Below are positions 26,918-38,742 of a DNA stretch of 64,000 bases, piece by piece. The DNA is taken from NCBI RefSeq assembly GCF_004010195.1, contig NC_057718.1, positions 38,273,191 through 38,337,190 on the forward strand, read 5' to 3'. Source of the stretch: Chiloscyllium plagiosum. Taxonomy: Eukaryota. The translations under genes were made by a program, and so were the position numbers. Numbering within the stretch: the first letter of the stretch is position 1; every line of letters begins with the position of its first letter. A model generated the notes under the pieces. The model was not told where the DNA came from. It made no database searches and saw only the letters and a list, made by a program, of their open reading frames with translations.

Positions 26918-28292
26918 TTTATGACTCTTAAAAGTCTCCTTATTTTTACTGCATTTCGCAGTTTCATGTCATCAAGCTGAAATTGTATCCTCTACACCCT
27001 AGTTACTGTCAGTATTTTAGACTTACTGGGCCTGGTGAGGGCAGGGGCATGGTTGCAAAAACCACCATTCATCTTGGTTTTCTGCTTTTTGTTACTGACT
27101 GAGTTTGATGTCCATTCTGCCACTGCCACTTTGGTCTGACGAAGTTCAATTTTGTTGCTAAGTCTATTCTGTTGCACCTTATTAACTGGCTTTTCAAAGT
27201 CTACTTGCTGTTTTATGAAGATGGAAATAAAATGATTGATTTTTTACTTTTTATACACCAGTCCTCTTTATGAATATACCAGATAGGGACAGAAGTAGAT
27301 AATTTGACCCCTTGAACCTGCTCTACCATTCAATATGATCATGGCTGATTTGTTTATGGTTTGAATTCCATGCTCCAATTTACATCTAAGAACTTTTGAT
27401 CCTTTGTCTAACAAGTGTGTATTGAAATATGCTGTAAAACATGTTTAATGACCCCCACTTGACTGCCTTTTAAGGCAGAAAAAATAGTCTCACAATCCTA
27501 TGTGAGAGAAAAAAAATCCTCCTCATCTCTGTGTGAAAGAAGTGACCCCGACTTTTAAAATAGTGACCCACAATTCTGGACTCATAAGATGATGCATTCT
27601 TTCCACATCTACCTTGTAAAATCATGCAAAATCTTACATAGAGTCATAGAGATGTACAGCTTGGAAACAGACCATTTAGTCCAATTCGTCCATGCTGACC
27701 AGTATCCTAAATTAATCTCGTCCCATTTGCCAGCACTTGGCCCATAGCCCTTGAAACCTTTTCTATTCATGAACGCATCCAGATGCCTTTAAAATGTTAT
27801 AATCATACTAGCCTCCACCGCTTCCTCTGGCAGCTCATTCCATACATGCACATCTTGCCTCTAGTTCTGGACTTCCCCAACCCAGGGAAAATTCCATGCC
27901 TATTTACCCTATCCATACCCCTCCTGATTTTATAAACCTCTATAAGGTTTCCCCCTCAGCCTCTGATGCTCCAGGGAAAACAACCCCAGCCTATTCAGCC
28001 TCTCCCTGTAGCTCAAACCCTCCAACCCTGGCAACATTCGATGTCCAGAAGTACTTGGAACAAACAGCAAAGGTAGTAGCTGTGCAGATTCACTGCTGTG
28101 CCAGACATATGTTCCGTTCAAGTCACCTGTCCATCTTCTAAACTCCAGTGGAAACAAGCTTAGAATATCAGTCTATCCCAATAAGTCAATCTACTCATTC
28201 CAGGTATTAAACTGGCAAACCTTCTCTGAACTGTCTGCAGTGCATTTACATTATTCGTTGTGGTTCTGTTCACTGAGCTGGGAATTTGTGTT

Positions 28293-28332
28293 GCAGACGT
28301 TTCGTCCCCTGTCTAGGTGACATCCTCAGTGC
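28293..28332 (-). ncRNA. Minimal type-I hammerhead ribozyme motif (identical copy on the opposite strand)
   Basis: Exact reverse complement of 28705-28744. Confidence 0.8.
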
Positions 28333-28704
28333 TTGGGAGCCTCCTGTGAAGCGCTTCTGTGATGTTTCCTCCGGCATTTATAATGGTTTGTACCTGCCGC
28401 TTCTGGTTGTCAGTTCCAGCTGTCTGCTGCAGTGGTCGGTATATTGGGTCCAGGTCGGTGTGCTTATTGATTGAATCTGTGGATGAGTGCCATGCCTCTA
28501 GGAATTCCCTCTCTCTGAGAACAGCCAGGGAATTCCTAGAGACATGGCACTCATCCACAGATGCAATCAATAAGCATAATGACCTGGACCCAATATACCG
28601 ACCACTGCAGTGGACAGCTGGAACTGACAACCGGAAGCGGCAGGTACAAATCACTATAAATGCCGGAGGAAACATCACAGAAGCGCTTCACAGGAGGCTC
28701 ACAA

Positions 28705-28744
28705 GCACTGAGGATGTCACCTAGACAGGGGACGAAACGTCTGC
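28705..28744 (+). ncRNA. Minimal type-I hammerhead ribozyme motif (intact core)
   Basis: GCA-CUGAGGA-U-[GUCACC UAGACA GGGGAC]-GAAA-CG-UC-UGC: full CUGANGA/GAAA/UH core, stem II, stem I GCA/UGC, palindromic ACGU in place of stem III. Predicted cut after C28741. Confidence 0.8.
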
Positions 28745-31700
28745 AACACAAATTCCCAGCTCAGCGAACAGAACCACAATAACGAACACCCGAGCTACAA
28801 ATCTTCTCCCAAACTTTGAATTTACATTAATCCTTAAATAAGCCCAAAACTGCACACAGTATTTGAGATATTGTCTCACAAATGTTATGTATAACTGAAG
28901 CATTGCATCTTGTAGGTTCAGTGCCTCTACTAACAAAGGACAGTGTCCCATTGACCTTTTTAATTGCATATTGTACCTACATACTGACGACTTGAGTCTC
29001 ATGCATTCAAGCACCAAGATGCCTCTATTGTTCTCTGTTTAAGTAATATTCTGCTTTTTCATTTGAAAAACTTCACTTTTTCCCGTATTATGCTCTATTG
29101 GATAGATTGTATGAATGGCAAAAAACTTTATCAATATCCATTTGCAGCATCCTTACTGTTATTGATAATATACATCCATATGTATCTTGGTGACATCTGA
29201 AAATTTAACTACCTTGCCTTTGTGCCTCTTTTCTCAGTCATTGATGTAAACTGTAAAAGATTGAGGATGCAGCACAAATACTTGTGGGACTCCACTTGTA
29301 AGATTCTGTCAATTAGACATAGACTCAATAATGCCTACTCTTTGTTTTCTCTGATACAGTCTTCACCCTTGTATATGTTAAACTTAAAAAAAAAATTCAG
29401 AGGTCTCTAACAAACCTTAAGGCCCCATTATTTACCTGGCTGCATTGCAAAACAATCTAAAGTAAGCAAATTAATCCATTAATGGTGTACAAAAAGCCCT
29501 TTCGGTGTTAGACCAGAACTCAAAAAATGTTTTAAAAGAAATGACCATGCCTACAGAAATACATTCATTTTAATTATTAACTTCATGCACACAGAACACC
29601 CACAGAATTCTAACTCCAAAGCCAGAAACCCAAACTTGCAATAAATGAAATTAGGGATATATATGTATATACCCCACTTTTGCAATATAATTTATTGTCT
29701 TCAATGCAATCAAATACTGGCATAACATCATTGTTTATTGTGTGTTTGCAAAGGATTTAATTCAACAACAAAAGATTGTCCTTCACTCTTGGAAGATTTC
29801 TTTCGGTCAAATTAGATTTAAATTGAAGCGTCAAAATTAAGTTTATGCTATATCTCCCAATGGAAGATATTAAAATTGAGATCATTCTGATGGGAGTGGT
29901 GAAATCATTTGTTGTTCCTTTAGTTCCATTTTCCAAGTTGGATTCTAAGTAACTTGTTCTTATGTTTTTTCACACTGTTATTCTTTTGTTTACTCCCCTT
30001 CTCATTCCAGTCATTGTGCCTCCATTGTTCATGCATGCAAGATCATTTTAGATCCCTAACTTATTAACTGGATCACTCCTCAAGCTCATCTGATTTTTAT
30101 CTCTCTATCCCCTTTAATAAACTGAGCTTAGATTTGCTTCTCCCATCATGTTGCACTTCCTGTTCCTTTTATTATCTTTGCCTCTGCAACTCAGGATAAT
30201 TTTCCATGTTGAAGGCGCTGCATAAATGCAAGATACTTTGTTATCAGCCTCCTTTTTGGTTCATCATGCAAGATACCAATTAATAATTTGAGAGGTTCTG
30301 CAGGAGCAAACCTCAATACTTCAATGTGTTGATTCTTCACATGCGGCAATCTCTGTTGTGTTGATGCTCTATCATCTTCAGAGGGAAAATACTGGTGATT
30401 TGTGATCCCTTGTTCTTTCTTGTGGTTTGCTTTAAAAGTGGATAGTAGTTGGAATAATGCATGCCATGGATAAGTCCTGAGAAAAGAGCGAATCACAAAA
30501 CAAGGGTGGAAAAAAATTCAAATTTTCTACTTCTATTTGAATTTTGCAAACGTAAATTGTTCCAAAGTAAAATTGTTTCAGTAATAAATTTGTCAGACTT
30601 GTACTGCACTAAATAATAATCTGTAAGATCATATGCTTTATTACATGCAGTGATATGTTCAGTTTTCAAACTTTAAATTCTTGGACTAATAAAACAGTAG
30701 AGATTGAGAGACCTCTGGCCTTTTAGTACCTTTGATATCATTCTTGTGACCACCACCACCTTTACTGGTGTCCCAATTATCTTGATTCTGTTTATGCACT
30801 GCTTAGCTTTTCTCATGACTTGTTAGCTTCTAGCCACCGATGCACTCCTGTCCTTCTAGTTTTGATATTTGTTTCTGCTAGATGTATTCAAGTAACTCTG
30901 CTACTTGGGCTTCATTTCTTTATTTACTAAATACATTTCCTGACATTTTAGTTATGGTTTTATTCATAGTAGCAAATATCTGGGCAGAGTTTTAAGACCT
31001 TTGTTAGATTATATTCAGAAATTTGTTTCATATTTCTACCTCAAAGTTAATACTTGTACGTCCTCTAAGCAGATCACGCTACTCAGAACATTTAAGTTGT
31101 CAAGTTTCTCTATTGTAAATTGCCTTCCATCATCCAGCTGAGATTGTGCCATATGTCTGCTTCTGTCATTCCTTGTTTCCAGTGTAACCCTTCTTTTGAA
31201 GAAGGGTTATACTGCAACGTTGACTTCTCTCCCTCCAGATGCTGCCTGGCTTGCTGTGTTCTTTCAGCCTCTTGCTTGTCTATCTTGGATTCCAGCATCT
31301 GCAGTTTTTTTGTCTCCGTCATTCCTTTGCCTGCATAACCAGCACAGGTGCATATCAAAAATAAATGTCTCTAGGAATACAGAGAAGGGAACGTAAGTAG
31401 TGGTAGAAGGAAATCTGGCACAAGGTTACTCCACTATTTCTGTCCCGCACATGGCAGAACTCCATTAGCTGAGAATGCGGCGCAGCTAGGGGAATCCTAG
31501 CTAGTAGTTTAAAGTTGGGGAATGTTTCAACAAAAGCTGCTTTAAGAATAAAGGAATTCTAAAGAAGCAAAATGAGCTAGCAAGGTGGAGAGGTTCAAGA
31601 GAGGAATTCCAGTGTTTTGGAGTTTGGCATTTGAAGGTCCAGCCACCAGTGGTGGTAAAAATCGTGAGTCTTTGAGATAGGATTAGTTCAGACCGAATGC

Positions 31701-32804
31701 ATCACTGGGACTATTTGAAATTATGAAGACAGGAAGAGGCAAGACCATGCAAGGATTTGAAAATAGGGATGAATATTCTCAAATCCAGATGTTTTATAAC
31801 CAAGTACTAAAGGAACACAGCGATGACAGGAGAAAAGATTGTAGTGCAAGTTGCAACCTAACAATGACTTCTTGGATGGCCTCAGGTTTACACAGAGGCT
31901 GATCGACCAGGGGTGCATTGGAGGAGGCAAATGTTCACTGCATGTAAACATACAAGTTCAGGACTAGCAGAAGAGGGACTGTTGGAGATGTTCACAGAGG
32001 GATGGATATAGTAACAACAGATGATTGAATAATCTGGATCTCAACAACATTGCCATGGTCTCTTTGCACCTCAGTTATTTCATAAATGTCAACCATCTGA
32101 TCATTCTTGAAACCTTTTTATTTACTGTTACTAAAATGTTTTTCAATGTTTTCAGGCAAATTGCTGAGGCGAGTGATGCAATTGTTAAGAACACAGCTAT
32201 AGAATTTTTGAAATATTCATTGGGTCATCAAGTCATACACAATGGAAACAAATCTAGCTGAAGCTTGTTCTGCTTCTTCAATAACAAATAGAAGCTTCTG
32301 ATCTGGAAACATTACCAATGATTTCAGTGAATACGCACAGACTGTAATTAGAAAACTGGTGACAAGAGTCAACCAGATGAAGTAAAGTTGGGGTGATGTG
32401 GGGAGAAAGCTTTTTTGCACAGCAAATCAGGGGAGTATGGAATGTACTGCCTGGAAATATGGTGGCAGCAGATTGAATTCAGATTAATTCATTAGTAATG
32501 GTGTGTGGGGATATGGGGAAAAGTCGGGAGATTGGTACTAGGTAGTAGAACCAGTTCAGGCTGAATAGTCTTATTCTGTGCTGTAACAATTCTGTGAAGT
32601 GAAAGCCTGAAATAGATCTTCAAATTCTATTTTTAATGTTAAGTATGAAGATGCAAGTGAAATTTAGAATTCAGCAGTCACTTAGTGTACACAAAGCAAA
32701 ATAAACAGTACAATTCCTGTGTCACCTTAATGTGAGGATGGATTGTGGGTGAGTGCCTTAGATTAATTTATTCTGAAGTAGTCTATCCAGTAGCTAAAAT
32801 TATA

Positions 32805-33240
32805 TAGAGTCATACTGTATGGAAACAGACCCTTTGGTCCAACTAGTCCACACTGACCATGTTCACAAACTAAACTAGTCCCACCTGCCTGTGTATGGCC
32901 CATATTCCTCCAAAGCTTTTCTGTTTGTGAACTTACAACATTTTAAAAAGACATTTGTATAATTGTACCTGCAACTACCACTTCCTCTGGCAGTTCATTC
33001 TGCACACAAACCACTCTCTGTGTTAAAACATTGCTCCTCATGTCTTTTTAAATCTTTCTGCTCTCACCTTAGAAATATGCCCTCTAGTTTTGATCTCCCC
33101 TACACTAGGGAAAGACACATTTCATTCACCTTATCTCTGCCCCTCATGATTTTATAAACCTCAATAGGGTCACCCCTAAACCTCCTCTGCTGCAAGGAAA
33201 AAAGTCCCAGTTTTTCAAGTCTATTTTTATATCTCAAAAC
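32805..33240 (-). mobile_element. CR1/HER1-like LINE 3' fragment
   Basis: Family tail on the minus strand. Confidence 0.85.
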
Positions 33241-35274
33241 CGACCTTCAGATTGTTGTAAATGTTTACTGTCGAGACCAGAAAGTCTGATGTTACTGGTT
33301 AGCTGAATTTATTCTGTGTACAACTAACTTCTATATTCAAAGTTCTTGGAGAAAGAACATCCTGAGTTGTATAATGTGAAAGCCCCCCATTTTTCTTGAA
33401 ACAGATATCACGGTAATGTTATAGGTGGTGTTTTTGATATTTTTGGTGGCAGTGTAACACTGGTCAGTGTTTGAAATGTTTATGTTGAGCAGTTGATTTT
33501 TGTGGGGCTCTTCTCACCAGAACTGGAGCCTCTGTTATCTCTGTTAGTGATGAATAGAGATCTCATTCTGTTTCAGACTTCTTGCTCACGTTCTGGTGAT
33601 CTATCATTCAATATGCAGGTGATTTATCCAAACATAGAAATCAAATAGAAATGACTTTCTTTTCCAAGCATTGAGAAATTAACAAATCACTTATGTTGAC
33701 CTTCTCTATGCTGCACACATCCTCATTTCATTTTTACCTTCTCTAACATATTCTAAAACATTTCTTATTCCTTTTGGTCCAGCCATCACCTGAGAATCTT
33801 TGTCAATGTATTTCACAATTACAGATTATCTAGGGCAGGTTTGGATGAGCTAACCCTGAACTTCAAAAGTGAAGGATAAACAAAAAAGTTGAGACCAAAA
33901 TCCATATTATAGAGTTAAGCTGTCAATAATATTGCTCTGTTAGTGAATTCTGGCATTTAGTCCTCCAAGAAAAGATGTCAGATCAAAATGCTGTGTTGTT
34001 GAAACATTTGAGTAAGTGTGAAAAGGACCATGCAGAACAAATGGTGAAACATTGGACCCTTAGTTCTATGAGATGGCAATTACCTCTGAATTATGCAGGT
34101 GTGATGAGTTCCATGTCTCCTCAAATAACTTGGTTTAATTTTTATTTGGTACTGTTTCTTCCTTGTCTTGTTGGGGTAGTTCAGTGTGACCGTACCTGTG
34201 TGGCGTACATTTAATTACTTATATCAGTGTATTTATTTTAATTGCTATGTCCCTAATGCATGTCCCTTTCTTGTCCCTATACCTGCATCAGTGTTCACTC
34301 TCACTCTCACTTCAGCTGTCATGCTCTCTCACCCTCCCTCCCTCTCAGCTGCCTCATCCCCCACAACCAGAGCTTACGAGCAGCAGTGGGGCATTCAGCC
34401 CAATGAGTCTGCTCCTTTGTTCAATGAGAACATAAAATGACTGTTAATATACAAATCCCCCTTTAATGTACATTCTAACATCTGTCCTAGCAGCTATAAC
34501 CCTTTTGAAGATATTATCTAAGGAGCATATTTTCCAAGTGTTTTCCTTCACTTTGTTTGTTCACTTGCTCTTTTGAATGCACTGGTATATGATATGGTAC
34601 ATGTCCAAAACCCTGTCTGTGCTTGATAGGTAAACCAAGCTGGTGAATGTTAGTCACTTTTACTTTGTGAGCAGAGGTTAGGTGGCAGTATTCTGATGGA
34701 GCCATCCTATCCTGTCATGATCTTGTGCAAAATCTACAGAGACACATTTTCTGGTTGGACCACCGGGTAGAAACCAAGAGTGAAGACCCTTTCTGATTTC
34801 CAGTCCCAGAAGTTGTAAGACTATTTATAGCTCACCAGCTACTCCAAGCTAAATTTGATAAATTCTTCAAAGACTGAGGAGAGTCTTACATCTCCCTCAT
34901 TGCTTGCTATATCATTTTGGTTTTGAAGTAAGCAGTAGCCCATTAAATTGTTGAGGTCTTTATTGAAGTCAGATAACCGGATTATCATGTCCTGTGAAAG
35001 AGTAGAGCTGGACTTGAAATGGATGCTTGTCAAGTACAGTCTTCTTTCCTTCCAAAAGGTTTTAGGAATGTGCTTGCACAAAAGATAAGTCAGTTTTGAA
35101 ATGAAGACCACCTGTGGAAAATTAGTTGTAAATCACATTTGTTCTCTCTTTAGTAAAATAACATATTTAATGTCGTGCAGAATTTCTTGTCAAAAGCAGA
35201 GAATGTTGTACTGGTTGGAATTGAATTTACTGCATCAGAGTATTGGAAAGATTTACTGCAGATTTTTCTTCCAG

Positions 35275-35321
35275 ATTTCTCTGACTGACGTCAAGCCAGT
35301 GGAGTCGACTGTTGAACTCAG
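35275..35321 (+). CDS. TRERF1: TRERF1 47-nt coding exon (ISLTDVKPVESTVEL-S)
   Basis: Acceptor tttttcttccag, donor AG|GTATTG. Phase 0 to phase 2 is exactly what joins the flanking exons (AG+T = Ser). Positionally matches the short human segment MHLPDGRAQPGSPESS (recalled). Confidence 0.8.
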
Positions 35322-37469
35322 GTATTGAACTATTTTTCATAATTAGTAGCTATTTAGGAAGACATTCTGCTAAAGCAACAGAAAACTCTTGAGTTTTTGA
35401 AACTCCCTTGGAATCTTGAATTGGATGTTTGTTCTATATGGCATAAATACAAATGATCCTTTAGCAATTGAGTGATGTCACATGAAATGCGGAAAACCAA
35501 AAAAAAGCACCTTAACTTTCTGTATAAACTACAAAAGAAAGGTAAAGACCTTTTATTTTAACTGAGGCATTCACATAGCGTTGTACAAGCATAAATGCTG
35601 CCCCCTCTACACTTCACTTCGGCTCTAATGAAGAGTCATCTAGACTTGAAACATTAGTTTTGTACAGTTTGTTTTGACATTTCATTAGTTTCATAAATCT
35701 TTGTGTGAAAATGAAAAACCCTTGTCCTTCAGAAACCATAACATTTTTAAACACTGTCTCAGATTTAGTTTTTATTTTTCCCCACCTGCTTGCTAAATGG
35801 GTGGGTTTGGCTTCAGTTTCTCAATACCGTGCCATGACGTGCCTTTTATAGGAGTTAGAGATTTGTAGTTAATTGTAGTTGCATTATGAGGCAACTAGAT
35901 TCACTCTAAAAAGGATTTTACAGGACCTGCCGATAAGATGAATAAACTGCTTATTGTGCTGTTGAGCTGTGCTTTGTTGTTTGTGACCATTATGCTAACC
36001 TGATATATTTAAATAGAGTAGTTTAGTTAAACTGACAAGTGTATGCACAGTTGATCCAGACTAAACTTGGGGAGCACATGAAATTGTTGTTCTATCTCTA
36101 GTTGTTCTATCTCTAATTTTATATTCCCAATGCCACCATTATTAACAACGGGAAAAAATGTGTTCATTACCATCTCAGCAAATGAGCTTCCACTTGTGTT
36201 CCCAGAAGTTGTTTTTAAAGTTTCAGCCTTCCCCTGGCCTGGCTCTGAGGCAGGAACTGGGAAAATAATTTCCATAATATCCCTCCCTACTGCACATATA
36301 CAGGGTCATTTCATTACTGTACTCCAGTTAAGTGCTCTTGTGTGCCAAGTTAATTCACAGTTATATAAGCTTCAAGTTGTTGAAGCCTTTAGGTCTGTTT
36401 GCTGTGCTTCCCTTCACTTGTCATAGCTGTTATAATTGTACTACAATAAATTTGGTATAACTCCAAAAGAATTAATGGTGAACGTTTAAGGTAAATTGAA
36501 ATGGTGTACCACATCACCATTATGCTCACTGATCTCCTAAATGCTGAAAGTGAAGGCCCAACTCTGTCTAAGAACCTCCCAAAATCAAACTCTGCATTTT
36601 AAGCAATACGATTTGATTAAATCAGAAAATGTATAGGGGAAGTGCACCCTTAAACACTTTTTTCTGGAACTAATTTATTTTAGTAATAGATCTTCATTGC
36701 TCTGTCCCAAATAAGTTTTCCATCTCTGTGTTTTAACTTGTCACAGTCAGCCCACCCCATTGTTACACTTCATTTAGAATCTGCACCTGTGTCTGTACAG
36801 ATGAAACCGTTGGAGAAAGTGTAATTCTTCATATAGTTTCTGTTCCTTCAAAAAAAAGTTTCAACTATTTATACAATTTTATCTTAAGCTCTCAGTTGCT
36901 ATCAGAACTTCAGAAAGGTTACTTGCTGTGAAGGAGCTTATTCTTGCAAAGGTTTAAATTGCTGGGGTGATGTTTGAGGGTGAAGATTTTTGCCTTCTGT
37001 GATAGGGATTTTTGAAAGACTATTCTGAATGGTCTCCCTATGAAGCGTGATATCTGTGTTTGTTCCTGAAGCATAGAGCTTCCCTTACTCGCTGAGGCTG
37101 ATAAATATCAAAATCCATAATTAAATGCAAAATTCTGCGTGTAATATTTTAAAGTAGCCTTTCAGTGTATACTGGGCACCTTTATAATAAAGATTAATGT
37201 GTAAAACCCAGTTCAGTCAAAATATTTGCATTATTATCAAGTATTTCTTCAAGGAAAGGAATAGGAAGAGAATTTCTAAGAATTTTTTTCAGTTAGGATT
37301 TATATTCAGGACTTCTTTTCAAATTTAAGGAACATCATCACCCTTCTAAAGTTGCTTCATTTTATATTTTTGGGTGTTCAGTACAAATTGAAGCAACTGC
37401 AGTAATATTGCAATTCTTTTTGTTATACATGTAAAATGCTATGAACAATTTCCTTTTGCATAATAATGA

Positions 37470-37998
37470 AATTCTGGTCTCCTGCTCTTGGAAGGATGTT
37501 GTGAAACTTGACAGGGTTCAGAAAAGATTTACAAGGATGTTGCCAGAGTTGGAGGATTTGAGCTATAGGGAGAGGCTGAATAGGCTGGGGCTGTTTTCTC
37601 TGGAGCGTCGGAGGCTGAGGGGTGACCTTATAGAGGTTTATAAAATCATGAGGGGCATGGATAGGATAAATAGGCAAAGTTTTTTCCGTGGGGTGGGGGA
37701 GTCCAGAACTAGAGGGCATAGGTTTAGGGTGAGAGGGGAAAGATATAAAGGAGATCTAAGGAGCAACTTTTTCAGGCAGAGGGTAGTAAGTGTATGGAAT
37801 GAGCTGCCAGAGGAAGTGGTGGAGGCTGGTACAGTTACAGCATTTAAAAGGCATTTGGATCAGTATCTAATAGGAAGGGTTTGAAGGGATATGGGTCAAG
37901 TGCTGGCAAATGGGACTAGATTAGGTTAGGATATCTGGTCTGCACTGACGAGTTGGACTGAAGGGTCTGTTTCCATGCTGTACATCTCTCTGACTCTA
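37470..37998 (+). mobile_element. CR1/HER1-like LINE 3' end, open frame
   Basis: KDVVKLDRVQKRFTRMLPELEDLSYRERLNRLGLFSLERRRLRGDLIEVYK...WNELPEEVV. Confidence 0.92.
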
Positions 37999-38594
37999 AT
38001 TGGTTTTACCCAACAGTGATAAAATCAGAAAAAAGTTGAGTAATTTTTAATTTTGTCCACATTGTTTGTTGTTTTCATGTGATTCTGGGTGTTTCCCATT
38101 GGTAATTTATACCAGCTGCATTGTTTTTGATTTATGATCCCTACCTCAGTGGTGTCTTAGAAATCTGAGTCATTCTGCTGTAAGAAATTTGTAGGTCGAG
38201 TGTGACACAAAGTGTGATCCACAGTTCTTTTGGGCTGAAATCTGCCAGATACCTTACAAGTGATTTCTTTTACAGAGCTGTTTATTTTCTGTGCAGACAC
38301 AAATTAAGGCCCAAATGCAGCGTGTTAATGATTTACCTGATGCAAGTAACTAATCAAGTTTATTTGCCATGTTCTGAAATATTCCCAGCATGGATGATGA
38401 ATTTAAATTATTCTATTATTACACCATTTGAATATCTAATAAGTTACCTTGTCTAGTCATACAATTGGCTAGCATGAAAATGGCAAAATAGATTTTGTTC
38501 CATGTTGAAATTCAATTTTAGTGACCACTGTGACACTTGCTACTGCCTATGGCCAGGTAAAGTTGTTGATGGATGCTACTCTGTCTCCAAACAG

Positions 38595-38742
38595 TGGCCA
38601 AAATAGGCTTCCATTCCAGGAAAGGGCAGACATCAAGAACAGGTTGACGTGTACAATGTGCCACAAAGATTTCAAGAGTTTACCTGCCCTTAATGGCCAC
38701 ATGAGGTCTCATGGTGGCCAGAGGACATCTCCCAAACAGTCA
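38595..38742 (+). CDS. TRERF1: TRERF1 exon encoding a C2H2 zinc finger
   Basis: Acceptor ctccaaacag. Encodes [49 protein letters not shown] (CxxC...HxxxH). Donor GTAAGT at 38743. Confidence 0.93.

Larger units (their letters stand above)
28254..28819. mobile_element. Penelope-like element 3' end in inverted (fold-back) configuration
   Basis: Arms 28258-28510 and 28527-28779 are reverse complements (12 mismatches in 253 bp by hand count). They encode the GIY-YIG C-terminal remnant AREFLEAWHSSTDSINKH. 10-bp TSD atttacatta at 28244-28253 and 28820-28829. Confidence 0.9.
27285..29340 (-). mobile_element. Old CR1 interrupted by a HER1-like copy (about 27636-28037) and by the PLE at 28254-28819
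   Basis: LQLYITFVRQYLKYCVQFW and MLPGLEGLSYRERLNRLGLFSLE remnants. Confidence 0.7.

Noticed and set aside
28286..28751. Mirror-image ORFs on both strands as a gene pair or toxin-antitoxin-like system
   Set aside because: Explained by the inverted duplication of a PLE end.
38522..38556. Possible micro-exon (ttttag ... cag|gtaaag) before the zinc-finger exon
   Set aside because: It would leave a 38-nt intron. Using the upstream AG alone adds 73 nt and shifts the frame.
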